In this document: positions 56,404 through 64,000 of the stretch, piece after piece
Position numbering within the stretch: position 1 is the stretch's first letter
Layout of the letters: every line of letters begins with the position of its first letter
Assembly: GCA_018818205.1 (NCBI GenBank)
Contig: JAHISJ010000006.1
Location: 41,817-105,816 of the forward strand
Direction: 5' to 3'
Source of the DNA: Patescibacteria group bacterium
GTDB taxonomy: Bacteria > Patescibacteriota > JABMPQ01 > JAHIRA01
DNA: 64,000 bases
Notes under the pieces: generated by a model
Database searches by the model: none
Told to the model about the DNA's origin: nothing
What the model saw: the letters and a program-made list of their open reading frames with translations, nothing else
Position numbers and translations under genes: made by a program

Positions 56404-58059
56404 TTACTTATTCTTAAGACATTTTATCATGTACGTTTCACGGAGGCGATATCCAATTTTTCGATAATAATTTCTGGCTCCAATCCCAGAAATAACCGTT
56501 ATTCTTGAGAGATTACATTCTTTATTTGTTATTTTTTCAGCTTCTGTGATGAGTAGTTTACCGTAGCCTACGTGTTGAGAAGCTCGTTTCTTTCTATCCG
56601 AGAATTCAAGCGTTTCTCCATAAGTATGCACTTCTCTAATAATCGATGCGTTTTTAAGTACTGGGATAAATACATCAAGGGAGGGGATCCTAAGCCTAAG
56701 GAGTGCAATAAGTTTATCTTTCTTAGTATCTTCAAAACTTAAAAATATTTCGGTACCGCCTGATGCGTTATAGTCTCTGCGGACCATTTTTATATTTTCT
56801 TTGATGATTTTTTCGTCACGTATTTCTCTACATCTAATGCACTGACATTTTGCATGCTCTGTTTCCATTTTTTGGTGTACGATTTGCCTGATATTTGACA
56901 GTTTATTTCCTCCAATAATGTCTGGAGCAGGTATGTCTCTTCCAAGTCGCATGATACGTACGTAAGGTGGGATTACTTTCTTAATATTCATAATAAGCTC
57001 AACGAGTTGAGCATTGGTGTACGGTGTGAACTTTTTCTCTCTATAGAGCTTTTCTAAGTCTGAATCGCGTGTTACAACACATGGATATATTTTGATAAGA
57101 TCAGGCTTAAAGTTGGGATTATTAAAAAGTGTTTCAAACATTTCAAGATCTCGTTTTATTGTTGATCCGTACAAATTTGGCATGAGGTGGTAGTTGATCT
57201 TAAGCCCTGCATCTTTGAGGAGCTTGGTTGCACGAATAGTCTCTTTAACACTATGGCCGCGCCTGTTTTTTTTAAGCACATCATCATAAATTGACTGAAC
57301 ACCAATTTCTACACGCGTTGCACCGAGCTCCCTAAACCATAGAATTTCCTTTTTGGTGATGTAATCGGGACGTGTTTCTAATGTTAGACCGATGATGCGA
57401 TTTTTGGCGGATTCGTTGCGTTTTTGGGCAGTCTGTAGAGACGCAAAATGTAGAGGCGCAAGATTTTGCGCCTCTACATTTTGCGCCTCTACAGACCCAT
57501 TCGCCGCGTCAAAACATCGTTTAATAAACCACGTTTGATACTTTTTTGGCAGGGTTGAGAACGTACCTCCCATGACAATAAGCTCAATTTTATTGGTGAG
57601 ATGACCGGTGATATTAAGTGCGTTGATTCTGGCTTGAACTTGTCTAAAGGGGTCAAATTCGGTGAGCACTGCGCGCATAACTGCAGGCTCATCAGAAAAA
57701 TAGCTTTTGGGCATACCTTTTTCTGTTGGACAGTAAAGGCAGTTTCCAGGGCATGGCCATGGTTTTGTCAGTACGGCAATTGAGGCAATGCCAGAGAGTG
57801 TACGTGTTTTTTGTTTTTGAAGAACCTTAAAGAGTTTTTTATCTGGTGCTATTTCTTTTTTTTCGAGCAATTCTCTGTACGCTGCAAGCAGTTCAATATT
57901 AGAAAAGCAGGGCATACTGTGTTTTTCAGCATATTCCCTTTTGCGTTTTTCAAAAAGCTTTGTCGTGGTATGATTACCCGTGGACACGTCTCTAATAAAA
58001 TGTTTGGCATGTTTTGACATGGCTGTATTTAACCATTTGTGATCAATTTTTACAAGCAT
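56404..58059 (-). CDS. Elp3-like radical-SAM/GNAT tRNA-modifying enzyme
   Basis: 551 aa; radical-SAM CxxxxCxxC (CPGNCLYCPTEKG), HAT/GNAT C-terminal domain (QHVGYGKLLITEAEKI). Confidence 0.8.
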   Translation of the reverse strand: MLVKIDHKWLNTAMSKHAKHFIRDVSTGNHTTTKLFEKRKREYAEKHSMPCFSNIELLAAYRELLEKKEIAPDKKLFKVLQKQKTRTLSGIASIAVLTKPWPCPGNCLYCPTEKGMPKSYFSDEPAVMRAVLTEFDPFRQVQARINALNITGHLTNKIELIVMGGTFSTLPKKYQTWFIKRCFDAANGSVEAQNVEAQNLAPLHFASLQTAQKRNESAKNRIIGLTLETRPDYITKKEILWFRELGATRVEIGVQSIYDDVLKKNRRGHSVKETIRATKLLKDAGLKINYHLMPNLYGSTIKRDLEMFETLFNNPNFKPDLIKIYPCVVTRDSDLEKLYREKKFTPYTNAQLVELIMNIKKVIPPYVRIMRLGRDIPAPDIIGGNKLSNIRQIVHQKMETEHAKCQCIRCREIRDEKIIKENIKMVRRDYNASGGTEIFLSFEDTKKDKLIALLRLRIPSLDVFIPVLKNASIIREVHTYGETLEFSDRKKRASQHVGYGKLLITEAEKITNKECNLSRITVISGIGARNYYRKIGYRLRETYMIKCLKNK

Positions 58060-58780
58060 GAAACAGGAATTTGCAGAAAAACTTATAGAGCAAAATCGGA
58101 AAAATTATAACTTTCTTTCCGAAGATTTTGCAAAAACACGCGCGTATCCATGGGAAGAAATGAAAGAGCTGTTAACGTACATAAAAAAGGGAGACGTTAT
58201 ATTAGACATTGGTTCAGGGAGCGGGAGAACATTTAAGCTGTTGCAGGGAATGGATGTTACATTTACCGGCATAGACATTTCTGAGAAAATGGTTATGCAC
58301 TGCAAAAAAGAATATGGAGATCATGCGCTTAAACCCACATTTGCCTGTCAAAATGCTGTTTCTCTGTCTTTCGACGATTCAATCTTTGACCGTGTTTTTG
58401 CTGTTGCGGTACTGCATCACATCCCTTCATATGATCTTAGGCTAAAAGCTATGCAAGAGTTTTATAGAGTGCTTAAAAAGGGTGGTTTGGTTCTTATGAC
58501 AAACTGGAATTTATGGCAGCCAAGGTATATTACAAAAGTGTTAAAAAATGGTGTCAAAAGTATTTTTGGTATGAGCAGGTACGATGTTGGCGATGTTATT
58601 GTACCGTGGATTACCAAGCGAGCGGTGCTTAAGCGCTATTATCATGCTTTTACTGTTAGTGAGCTTGAACGTCTTGCAAAGGAGGCCGGTTTCATGGTAG
58701 AAAGGAACTATCTTTTCCCGCAAAAAGGGAAGTCATCATATCTTAATTCAAGGAATATATGTACAGTATTAAAAAAATAG
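58058..58780 (+). CDS. class I SAM-dependent methyltransferase
   Basis: 240 aa; motif I VILDIGSGSGR, motif post-I; overlaps start of divergent Elp3 gene region. Confidence 0.7.
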   Translation: MKQEFAEKLIEQNRKNYNFLSEDFAKTRAYPWEEMKELLTYIKKGDVILDIGSGSGRTFKLLQGMDVTFTGIDISEKMVMHCKKEYGDHALKPTFACQNAVSLSFDDSIFDRVFAVAVLHHIPSYDLRLKAMQEFYRVLKKGGLVLMTNWNLWQPRYITKVLKNGVKSIFGMSRYDVGDVIVPWITKRAVLKRYYHAFTVSELERLAKEAGFMVERNYLFPQKGKSSYLNSRNICTVLKK

Positions 58781-59319
58781 TTACTATAGTGGTTCTTTTG
58801 TGTATGCTCAGTGTGGGTTTTTCTGCGTGTGGCAACAAAGCGCCTGATGGAGAGCTTGTGCCAACAGGCGAAGATCTTGAGGCAACCAAGGGAAGTCTTA
58901 TAGACAGTGCTCATCCAAGTGAGGAGTTTATGGAAGGCGTGTCTATTACACAAGTGTCTGATGATACGTTTGGATTTAATGGACCAGGAGGTGAGACAGT
59001 GATTGATGCGGAGCTTCCAGACGATTTTCCTGAGGATGTGCCGCAGGTGCTTAAAGGAGAGATCCTCTCATCTGCAAAAAGTAAGTCGGTTGATGGAGAA
59101 AAGACCGTTTTTACTGTTTTTTGGAGTTCAGGTGAGTCACTTGCTGACCTTGTTAAATATACAGAGACTATTAGAAGCCATGGATGGGAAGACAATGGTG
59201 CTGATGACTTTGAGACGTCTCAGTATTTTAGATATGCAAAAGACGGACGTGCCCTTGATTTTTCAGTTGCAGAAGCTGAAGAAGGTAAGCGAGAGGTCAT
59301 GGTCATGGTGGAGAAGTAG
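58759..59319 (+). CDS. putative lipoprotein
   Basis: 186 aa; signal + lipobox-like LSVGFSAC; acidic mature domain. Confidence 0.5.
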   Translation: MYSIKKIVTIVVLLCMLSVGFSACGNKAPDGELVPTGEDLEATKGSLIDSAHPSEEFMEGVSITQVSDDTFGFNGPGGETVIDAELPDDFPEDVPQVLKGEILSSAKSKSVDGEKTVFTVFWSSGESLADLVKYTETIRSHGWEDNGADDFETSQYFRYAKDGRALDFSVAEAEEGKREVMVMVEK

Positions 59320-59335
59320 TATAATCCAAGTAGTC

Positions 59336-59364
59336 TTGATCCTTTTTTTGTCCTTTGGTATAAT
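59336..59364 (+). promoter_or_regulatory. sigma70 promoter TTGATC-N17-(TGg)TATAAT for rpsB with ~125-nt leader
   Basis: -35 59336-59341, extended -10 TGGTATAAT 59356-59364; long leader before rpsB ATG 59491 (possible S2 autoregulatory leader). Confidence 0.55.
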
Positions 59365-59490
59365 CATCTTACTAATTTATAAGTCTATCACTCATGCTTT
59401 TCTGATTGTGAGGGTTCCTGTCCCACTTAGGTAAACCTACTTGGGTCTCTCTTACAAGATGACGAAAGCAGTGGCTAAGGAAAAATCATT

Positions 59491-60237
59491 ATGAAGGAAG
59501 TAACATTACAAGATTTGCTTAAAGCAGGTGTTCATTTTGGGCATCAGTCAAGCAAATGGGATCCCCGCATGGAACCATATATCTATGCGAAGCGAGAGGG
59601 GATTCATATTATTGATCTGCAAAAGACGTTAGACAAGCTTAACGAAGCATTAGAATATGCTAAAAAAACCGTAAAAGATGGTGGCATTATTCTTTTTGTT
59701 GGTACAAAAAAGCAGGCAAAAGACATCACCAAAAAACAAGCAGAGGAATGTGGTATGCCGTATATTGATGAGCGTTGGCTTGGGGGAACATTCACCAATT
59801 TTTCTGAAGTTAAAAAACAGATTGATAAGCTCAATAAACTCAGTGAGCAAGAAGAGAAGGGCGAGCTCAAAAAATATACAAAAAAGGAGCAACTTCAAAT
59901 TCATAAGAACATTGAGCGGTTAGAAAAGAAAGTTGGGGGTCTAAAGAAACTTAAGACTATCCCAGAGGCGCTGCTTGTAGTGGATACTATGGGTGAGAAG
60001 ATTGCGGTCGAGGAAGCAGTAAAGAAGCATGTTCCTATCATTGCGCTCATGGATACCAACGCCAATCCGGATCTTGTAACGTATCCGGTTCCCGCAAATG
60101 ACGATGCGATTAAAGCGATTGAGCTTATGTTGGGGACGTTTAGCGAGGCTATCAAGGAAAACTATGTTCCAAAGAAAGAACCTGATCCTAAACATCCAGA
60201 AAAGGGAAAGAAGAAATTTTTCCCAAAAAAGAAATAA
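59491..60237 (+). CDS. rpsB: 30S ribosomal protein S2
   Basis: 248 aa; MKEVTLQDLLKAGVHFGHQSSKWDPRMEPYIY canonical S2. Confidence 0.9.
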   Translation: MKEVTLQDLLKAGVHFGHQSSKWDPRMEPYIYAKREGIHIIDLQKTLDKLNEALEYAKKTVKDGGIILFVGTKKQAKDITKKQAEECGMPYIDERWLGGTFTNFSEVKKQIDKLNKLSEQEEKGELKKYTKKEQLQIHKNIERLEKKVGGLKKLKTIPEALLVVDTMGEKIAVEEAVKKHVPIIALMDTNANPDLVTYPVPANDDAIKAIELMLGTFSEAIKENYVPKKEPDPKHPEKGKKKFFPKKK

Positions 60238-60273
60238 ATTTGGTTACATTTGAAGCATTAACAATTAAAAGTC

Positions 60274-60861
60274 ATGGCTATACAACTTGAAGAGGTAAAA
60301 AAATTAAGAGAGATCACATCAGCGCCTATTACCGCTTGTAAGGAAGCACTTGAGGAAGCTGATGGGGATTTTGAGAAAGCACAGAAATTGTTACGAAAAC
60401 GTGGTGCAGAAGTAATGGATAAAAAAGCTGGGCGTGAATCTAAAGAAGGGTGGATTGGCTCATACGTCCATTCTAATGGTAAGATAGGGGTACTCGTAAA
60501 GATCTACTGCGAGACTGATTTTGTTGCAAGAAATGATGAGTTTAAAGCATTTGTTCATGATGTTGCTATACAGATAGCGGCTACCGGTGCTAACTATCTT
60601 AACCCTGAAGATGTTCCTGATGCAGATATTGATGAAGAAAAAAAAGGCATCATGGAAGCAGCAAAAAAAGAGGGTAAGCCAGAAGAAGTAATAGAAAAGA
60701 TTGTTGACGGTAAAATGAATAAAATGCGTGAGGAACGCTCATTGATGTTGCAACCGCTCGTTCGTGATTCTGAGCAAACGTTAAAAGATCTCCTTACCGA
60801 CATCACTGCAAAACTTGGTGAAAAAATAGAAATTGGCGAATTTGTTCGCTTTGAACTATAA
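60274..60861 (+). CDS. tsf: elongation factor Ts (short form)
   Basis: 195 aa; N-terminal UBA-like LREITSAPITACKEALEEADGDFEKAQKLLRKRG. Confidence 0.85.
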   Translation: MAIQLEEVKKLREITSAPITACKEALEEADGDFEKAQKLLRKRGAEVMDKKAGRESKEGWIGSYVHSNGKIGVLVKIYCETDFVARNDEFKAFVHDVAIQIAATGANYLNPEDVPDADIDEEKKGIMEAAKKEGKPEEVIEKIVDGKMNKMREERSLMLQPLVRDSEQTLKDLLTDITAKLGEKIEIGEFVRFEL

Positions 60862-60872
60862 ATAAAAATCAT

Positions 60873-61586
60873 ATGGAAACATCACCGTACAAAAAAGTTG
60901 TTCTCAAACTTTCCGGTGAGTTAATGATGGGAGATTTAGAATTTGGCGTCGATTTAAACTACATGAAGCAGTTTGCAGATGAGCTTATTGACGTTTCAAA
61001 ATCGGGGATTAAGCTGCTTGTTGAGGTTGGCGGCGGGAATATTTATCGTTGGCGGCAAGCACCTGAAGGTATGAAGAGAAACACCGCTGACATGATGGGT
61101 ATGCTTGGTTCTGTTATGACTGCGCTAAATTTGAGAGATGTAATAAACGATTCGTATCAGGCTGAGGCGCTTAGTCCTCTTTCTATGCCATATGTTATTC
61201 CACAGTATACGCCCAAGAAGGCTGCAGAGCTTTTAGATGAAGGCAAAATAGTTGTCGTAGGAGGTGGAACCGGTCAGCAATTCTTTACCACCGATTCAGG
61301 TGCAGCACTCCACGCTGCTCAAATTGATGCTGATATTGTGCTTAAAGGTACGGACGTTGATGGGGTGTATTCTGAAGATCCTCATGTAAATCCCAGTGCG
61401 ACAAAATATGACCACGTTTCATATTCTGAAGTGTTAGAAAAGAATCTCTCGGTTATGGATATGTCAGCGTTTGCATTACTCAGAGATGCATCTATTCCTA
61501 TTATGGTTTTTGATGTGCAAAACCATGGCAATATTTCCAAAGCTGTAATGGGTGAAAAAATTGGTACCATTGTTTCAGATAACTAG
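60873..61586 (+). CDS. pyrH: UMP kinase
   Basis: 237 aa; KVVLKLSGE amino-acid-kinase start, GGGTG nucleotide motif. Confidence 0.9.
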   Translation: METSPYKKVVLKLSGELMMGDLEFGVDLNYMKQFADELIDVSKSGIKLLVEVGGGNIYRWRQAPEGMKRNTADMMGMLGSVMTALNLRDVINDSYQAEALSPLSMPYVIPQYTPKKAAELLDEGKIVVVGGGTGQQFFTTDSGAALHAAQIDADIVLKGTDVDGVYSEDPHVNPSATKYDHVSYSEVLEKNLSVMDMSAFALLRDASIPIMVFDVQNHGNISKAVMGEKIGTIVSDN

Positions 61587-61594
61587 CTAAATGT

Positions 61595-62452
61595 ATGTTC
61601 AATTTGTTGCCCCCCATTATCATAGTCGTTGCTGTAGCGATTCTTATTGTTCTTATAGTCCGTAGGTTTCCTCGCGTGGAGGATGAAAAGGAACTTGACA
61701 CTTTGGTCAGTGAGAAGAAAAAAGAGGAAGAAGAGAAAAAGCAAAAGGAGCGAGTTGAGTATAAAGAGCAACCAATCGCAGACATCAAAAAAGAGGCTGA
61801 ATTAGGCATTGGGAAACAAGAAGAGGATAGTACAGAAAAAGAAGCTGTCCACGGCTCTGCTCAGCCCTCCTCTCCGAGTTTTGAGCTCAGTGTCGAAGAC
61901 TCTCAAAAAGAGAAGAAGGATGATAGGGAAGATGTCAGGATTGAAAAGGAGACTGAGCGGGCAGAGGCACTTAAAACAAAAAAAGAAATGCATAAAAATG
62001 TGCTCAAGGTTATTGATCGTGTTTCTTATCTTGGCAAGCGTGGAATTTCCGGAGTTAAAAGTGCTGGCTCTTCAGCGGTGAAAGCAGTTCGTGTAGGTAA
62101 AGCTAAACTTGCTAAAAAGAATAAGCCAGAATCGTTAGTGTCTGGAGAAAAAGTAGTCGATTTGCTTGAACGTGGTGCTAAGGATTTAGGCGCGGGAAAT
62201 TTTGGGGAGGCGGAGAAAAAATACATTGAGGTTATTAAAATGAATCCAAGAAATACACGTGCATACAAAGGGCTTGCAGAAGTTTTTGAAAAGCAGAAGA
62301 ATTATACCGATGCAATTTCTTCATTAAGACAAGTAGAAAAGTTGGATCCGCTGGATTACGAAGTGGGTAAAAAAATTACTGAACTTCAGTCAAAGTTAAA
62401 GAGTGGGATAGGTGTAAGCTCTACAAAAAGCAGTTCAGACGAGTTAAGCTAA
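61595..62452 (+). CDS. membrane-anchored protein with charged linker and C-terminal TPR-like repeat
   Basis: 285 aa; N-terminal TM, E/K-rich region, TPR-like AYKGLAEVFEKQKNYTDAISSLRQVEKLDP; occupies the position where frr usually follows pyrH. Confidence 0.45.
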   Translation: MFNLLPPIIIVVAVAILIVLIVRRFPRVEDEKELDTLVSEKKKEEEEKKQKERVEYKEQPIADIKKEAELGIGKQEEDSTEKEAVHGSAQPSSPSFELSVEDSQKEKKDDREDVRIEKETERAEALKTKKEMHKNVLKVIDRVSYLGKRGISGVKSAGSSAVKAVRVGKAKLAKKNKPESLVSGEKVVDLLERGAKDLGAGNFGEAEKKYIEVIKMNPRNTRAYKGLAEVFEKQKNYTDAISSLRQVEKLDPLDYEVGKKITELQSKLKSGIGVSSTKSSSDELS

Positions 62453-62453
62453 T

Positions 62454-62529
62454 GCCATCGTAGCTCAGTCGGTAGAGCGCATCCATGGTAAGGATGAGGT
62501 CACCGGTTCGATTCCGGTCGATGGCTCCA
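62454..62529 (+). tRNA. tRNA-Thr (anticodon GGU), CCA encoded
   Basis: cloverleaf: acceptor GCCATCG/CGATGGC, D-arm GCTC-AGTCGGTA-GAGC, anticodon stem CATCC/GGATG loop ATGGTAA, T-arm ACCGG-TTCGATT-CCGGT, 3' TCCA. Confidence 0.85.
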
Positions 62530-62574
62530 GTAATAGATGAGTGATTCGATATTATACTATTATTGCAGCAAAAA

Positions 62575-62619
62575 CGAGATCCCGGATATCCACTTAAGAA
62601 AGTGAATTCCAGGATGACA
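62575..62619. mobile_element. partial/rearranged copy 3 of the MITE-like element (right TIR TCCAGGATGACA + CACTTAAGAAAGTG hairpin + inverted central-module fragment)
   Basis: ACGAGATCCCGGATATCCACTTAAGAAAGTGAATTCCAGGATGACA matches right half of copy 1 and reverse complement of copy 2 central module; lacks left TIR. Confidence 0.45.
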
Positions 62620-62982
62620 GCTGGTTTTGGGGAAGAGGAAAAACATTCTAAAATCTTGCGTAGACCCCGGAGTGTAACTGAGTGGTACGTGAAAACAAGA
62701 GAATGGGCCCCCGCAAATTTCTGAATTTGTGGGGAAGAGGAGGAACACTATGGAAGTCGGAGTGGATCCCGTAGGCTTTGCGAAGGGATACACGCAGACT
62801 GGAATGATGGGCCCCCGAAAAGTTCCTACTTTTTGGGGAAGGGGAGAAACATCCTGGAAGCAGGAGTGTTGTATAAGAAAATGGAGGGGCCCCCGAGAAA
62901 TTCTGATTTCTTGGGGAAGAGGAGGAACACTATGTAAGTCGGAGCGGATCCCGAAGGCTTTGCGTAGGGATACGCGCAGACT
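62618..62982. repeat. degenerate tandem repeat array (~90-bp units alternating two subtypes; ~183-bp super-period) between tRNA-Thr and tRNA-Ser
   Basis: units beginning GGGCCCCCG...TTGGGGAAG(A/G)GGA(G/A)(G/A)AACA at 62705, 62809, 62888 plus diverged copy at ~62625; A-type units 62705-62800 and 62888-62982 ~88% identical. Confidence 0.6.
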
Positions 62983-63000
62983 TACATAGTGTTCCGACGA

Positions 63001-63091
63001 GGAGAGGTGCATGAGTGGCTTAAATGGACGGTTTGCTAAACCGTTGTACCGTGTTAAAGCGGTACCGAGGGTTCGAATCCCTCCCTCTCCG
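63001..63091 (+). tRNA. tRNA-Ser (anticodon GCU), type II with long variable arm, no encoded CCA
   Basis: acceptor GGAGAGG/CCTCTCC, anticodon stem ACGGT/ACCGT loop TTGCTAA, long variable arm, T-arm GAGGG-TTCGAAT-CCCTC. Confidence 0.85.
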
Positions 63092-63240
63092 AGGATATTT
63101 TAAATAGGAACACATCGATGTTCTTTTTTTGTGCTTAGAATAATGTCAGAAGTCAATTTCTTTGATAGAATGGATATGGACACTTTATCTTTTAAGCACC
63201 AAAGGGTTTGGAATATTCCTTGGACAATTTTTTGAAAATT

Positions 63241-64000
63241 ATGAACAATGCTAAAAAGCTATATTTAAAACAGGAATACATCTCACGAATTAATCTGGCA
63301 ATTAACTATATTGAACAGAATATTACTTCTGAATTGAACTTGGGGAATATTGCTGCCGCATCCGGATTTTCCGCATTTCATTTCCATAGAATATTTAAAG
63401 CTCTTGTGGGTGAGACACTTAATACTTTTATTAAGCGGGTTCGTGCTGAGAAAGCATCTATGATGCTTGTGTATAATCCAAAATATTCTATCACCCGTAT
63501 AGCATATATATATGGGTATTCAAGTTCTCAAACTTTTTCTCGGGCGTTTAAGGAATGCTTTAACATGAGTCCCAGTGAGTTTCGTGAAAAGGCTCAAGGA
63601 AAAAGCAAGATTTGCAACGACAAGAGCAAGAATCGAAACGACGCTTCTTTTGACCTTCGTTATGATCATAACGAAGGTCGACATATTATTACCATAAATA
63701 GAGGAAAAAAAATCAATATGAAGGTAGAAGTAAAGGATTTACCTGATATGGATGTAGCATATGTACGACATATTGGGCCGTATAAAGGAGATAGTAAGCT
63801 TTTTGAAGGACTCATTAATAAACTAACTAGTTTTGCAGGACCAAGAAATCTGTTTGGTCCAGATACAAAGTTTATGTCTCTGTATCATGATGATCCAAAA
63901 GTTACTGAAGATGCTAAGCTCAGACTCGATGTATGTATGACTGTTCCAAAAGACACAGAAGTCGATGGGGAAATAGGCAAACAAACACTTGCTGGTGGTA
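63241..64000 (+). CDS. AraC-family transcriptional regulator with GyrI-like effector-binding domain (3' end beyond window)
   Basis: not in ORF track (no stop in window); ATG 63241; HTH_AraC signature ...SGFSAFHFHRIFKALVGETLNTFIKRVRAEKA...IAYIYGYSSSQTFSRAFKECFNMSPSEFR, then GyrI-like domain (DVAYVRHIGPY...). Confidence 0.75.
   Translation, partial: MNNAKKLYLKQEYISRINLAINYIEQNITSELNLGNIAAASGFSAFHFHRIFKALVGETLNTFIKRVRAEKASMMLVYNPKYSITRIAYIYGYSSSQTFSRAFKECFNMSPSEFREKAQGKSKICNDKSKNRNDASFDLRYDHNEGRHIITINRGKKINMKVEVKDLPDMDVAYVRHIGPYKGDSKLFEGLINKLTSFAGPRNLFGPDTKFMSLYHDDPKVTEDAKLRLDVCMTVPKDTEVDGEIGKQTLAGG

Noticed and set aside
62618-62982. Possible CRISPR array between the two tRNAs
   Set aside because: Repeat units are ~90 bp with a 183-bp super-period, degenerate (85-90% identity) and directly abutting without unique spacers of regular length; no cas genes nearby. 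Classified as a tandem repeat instead.
62560-63012. ORFs 62560..63012 (-) and 62729..62989 (+) predicted inside the repeat array
   Set aside because: Both lie entirely within repetitive DNA and the minus ORF even overlaps tRNA-Ser; their amino-acid repeats simply mirror the DNA repeats. Only the SD-ATG-led 79-codon frame is mentioned as a low-confidence possibility in findings, not as a feature.
1-64000. Alternative genetic code (e.g. code 25 UGA=Gly, as in some CPR lineages)
   Set aside because: Long conserved genes (dnaE 1155 aa, ntpA, thrS, gatB) are intact with standard stops and show no truncations at UGA, so the standard bacterial code fits.

Overview
This 64 kb window has about 65 protein-coding genes, densely packed on both strands, in an AT-rich genome (about 38-40% GC). 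The gene content looks like a small-genome bacterium, possibly CPR/Patescibacteria-like, but that placement is inference only. Standard stop codons give intact long ORFs, so there is no evidence for an alternative genetic code.

Housekeeping genes recognised: secE-nusG-rplK-rplA (interrupted), dut, tmk-like, gatB, miaB-miaA, kbl-tdh, folC, thrS, dnaE, ftsW/rodA, rplY, a complete A/V-type ATPase operon (G/H?-I-K-E-C-F-A-B-D), prmC-prfA, rpmE, an Elp3-like radical-SAM/GNAT enzyme, rpsB-tsf-pyrH, tRNA-Thr(GGU) and tRNA-Ser(GCU).

Accessory or unusual content:
- A CarS-like (DUF46) gene and a CDP-alcohol phosphatidyltransferase gene sit inside the ribosomal secE-nusG-rplKA cluster.
- Three paralogous membrane proteins with thrombospondin-type-3-like acidic Ca-binding repeats flank kbl-tdh.
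- A soluble protein carries one degenerate and one intact (GGEEF) GGDEF domain.
- A roughly 107 bp MITE-like element with 12 bp terminal inverted repeats occurs in three copies: two full (tdh-kbl intergenic, ATPase B-D intergenic) and one partial next to tRNA-Thr.
- A 160 bp element with perfect 35 bp terminal inverted repeats lies upstream of thrS.
- GC-rich palindromic elements sit at convergent gene ends.
- A degenerate tandem ~90/183 bp repeat array, with SD-ATG-like motifs and a 17 bp perfect inverted repeat, lies between tRNA-Thr and tRNA-Ser, followed by an AraC/GyrI-type regulator that runs off the window.
- A large polytopic membrane protein is split by a frameshift.
- Several near-consensus sigma70 promoters (TTGACA-N17-TATAAT, or extended TGnTATAAT) and intrinsic terminators are readable directly.

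No CRISPR array and no rRNA were seen.
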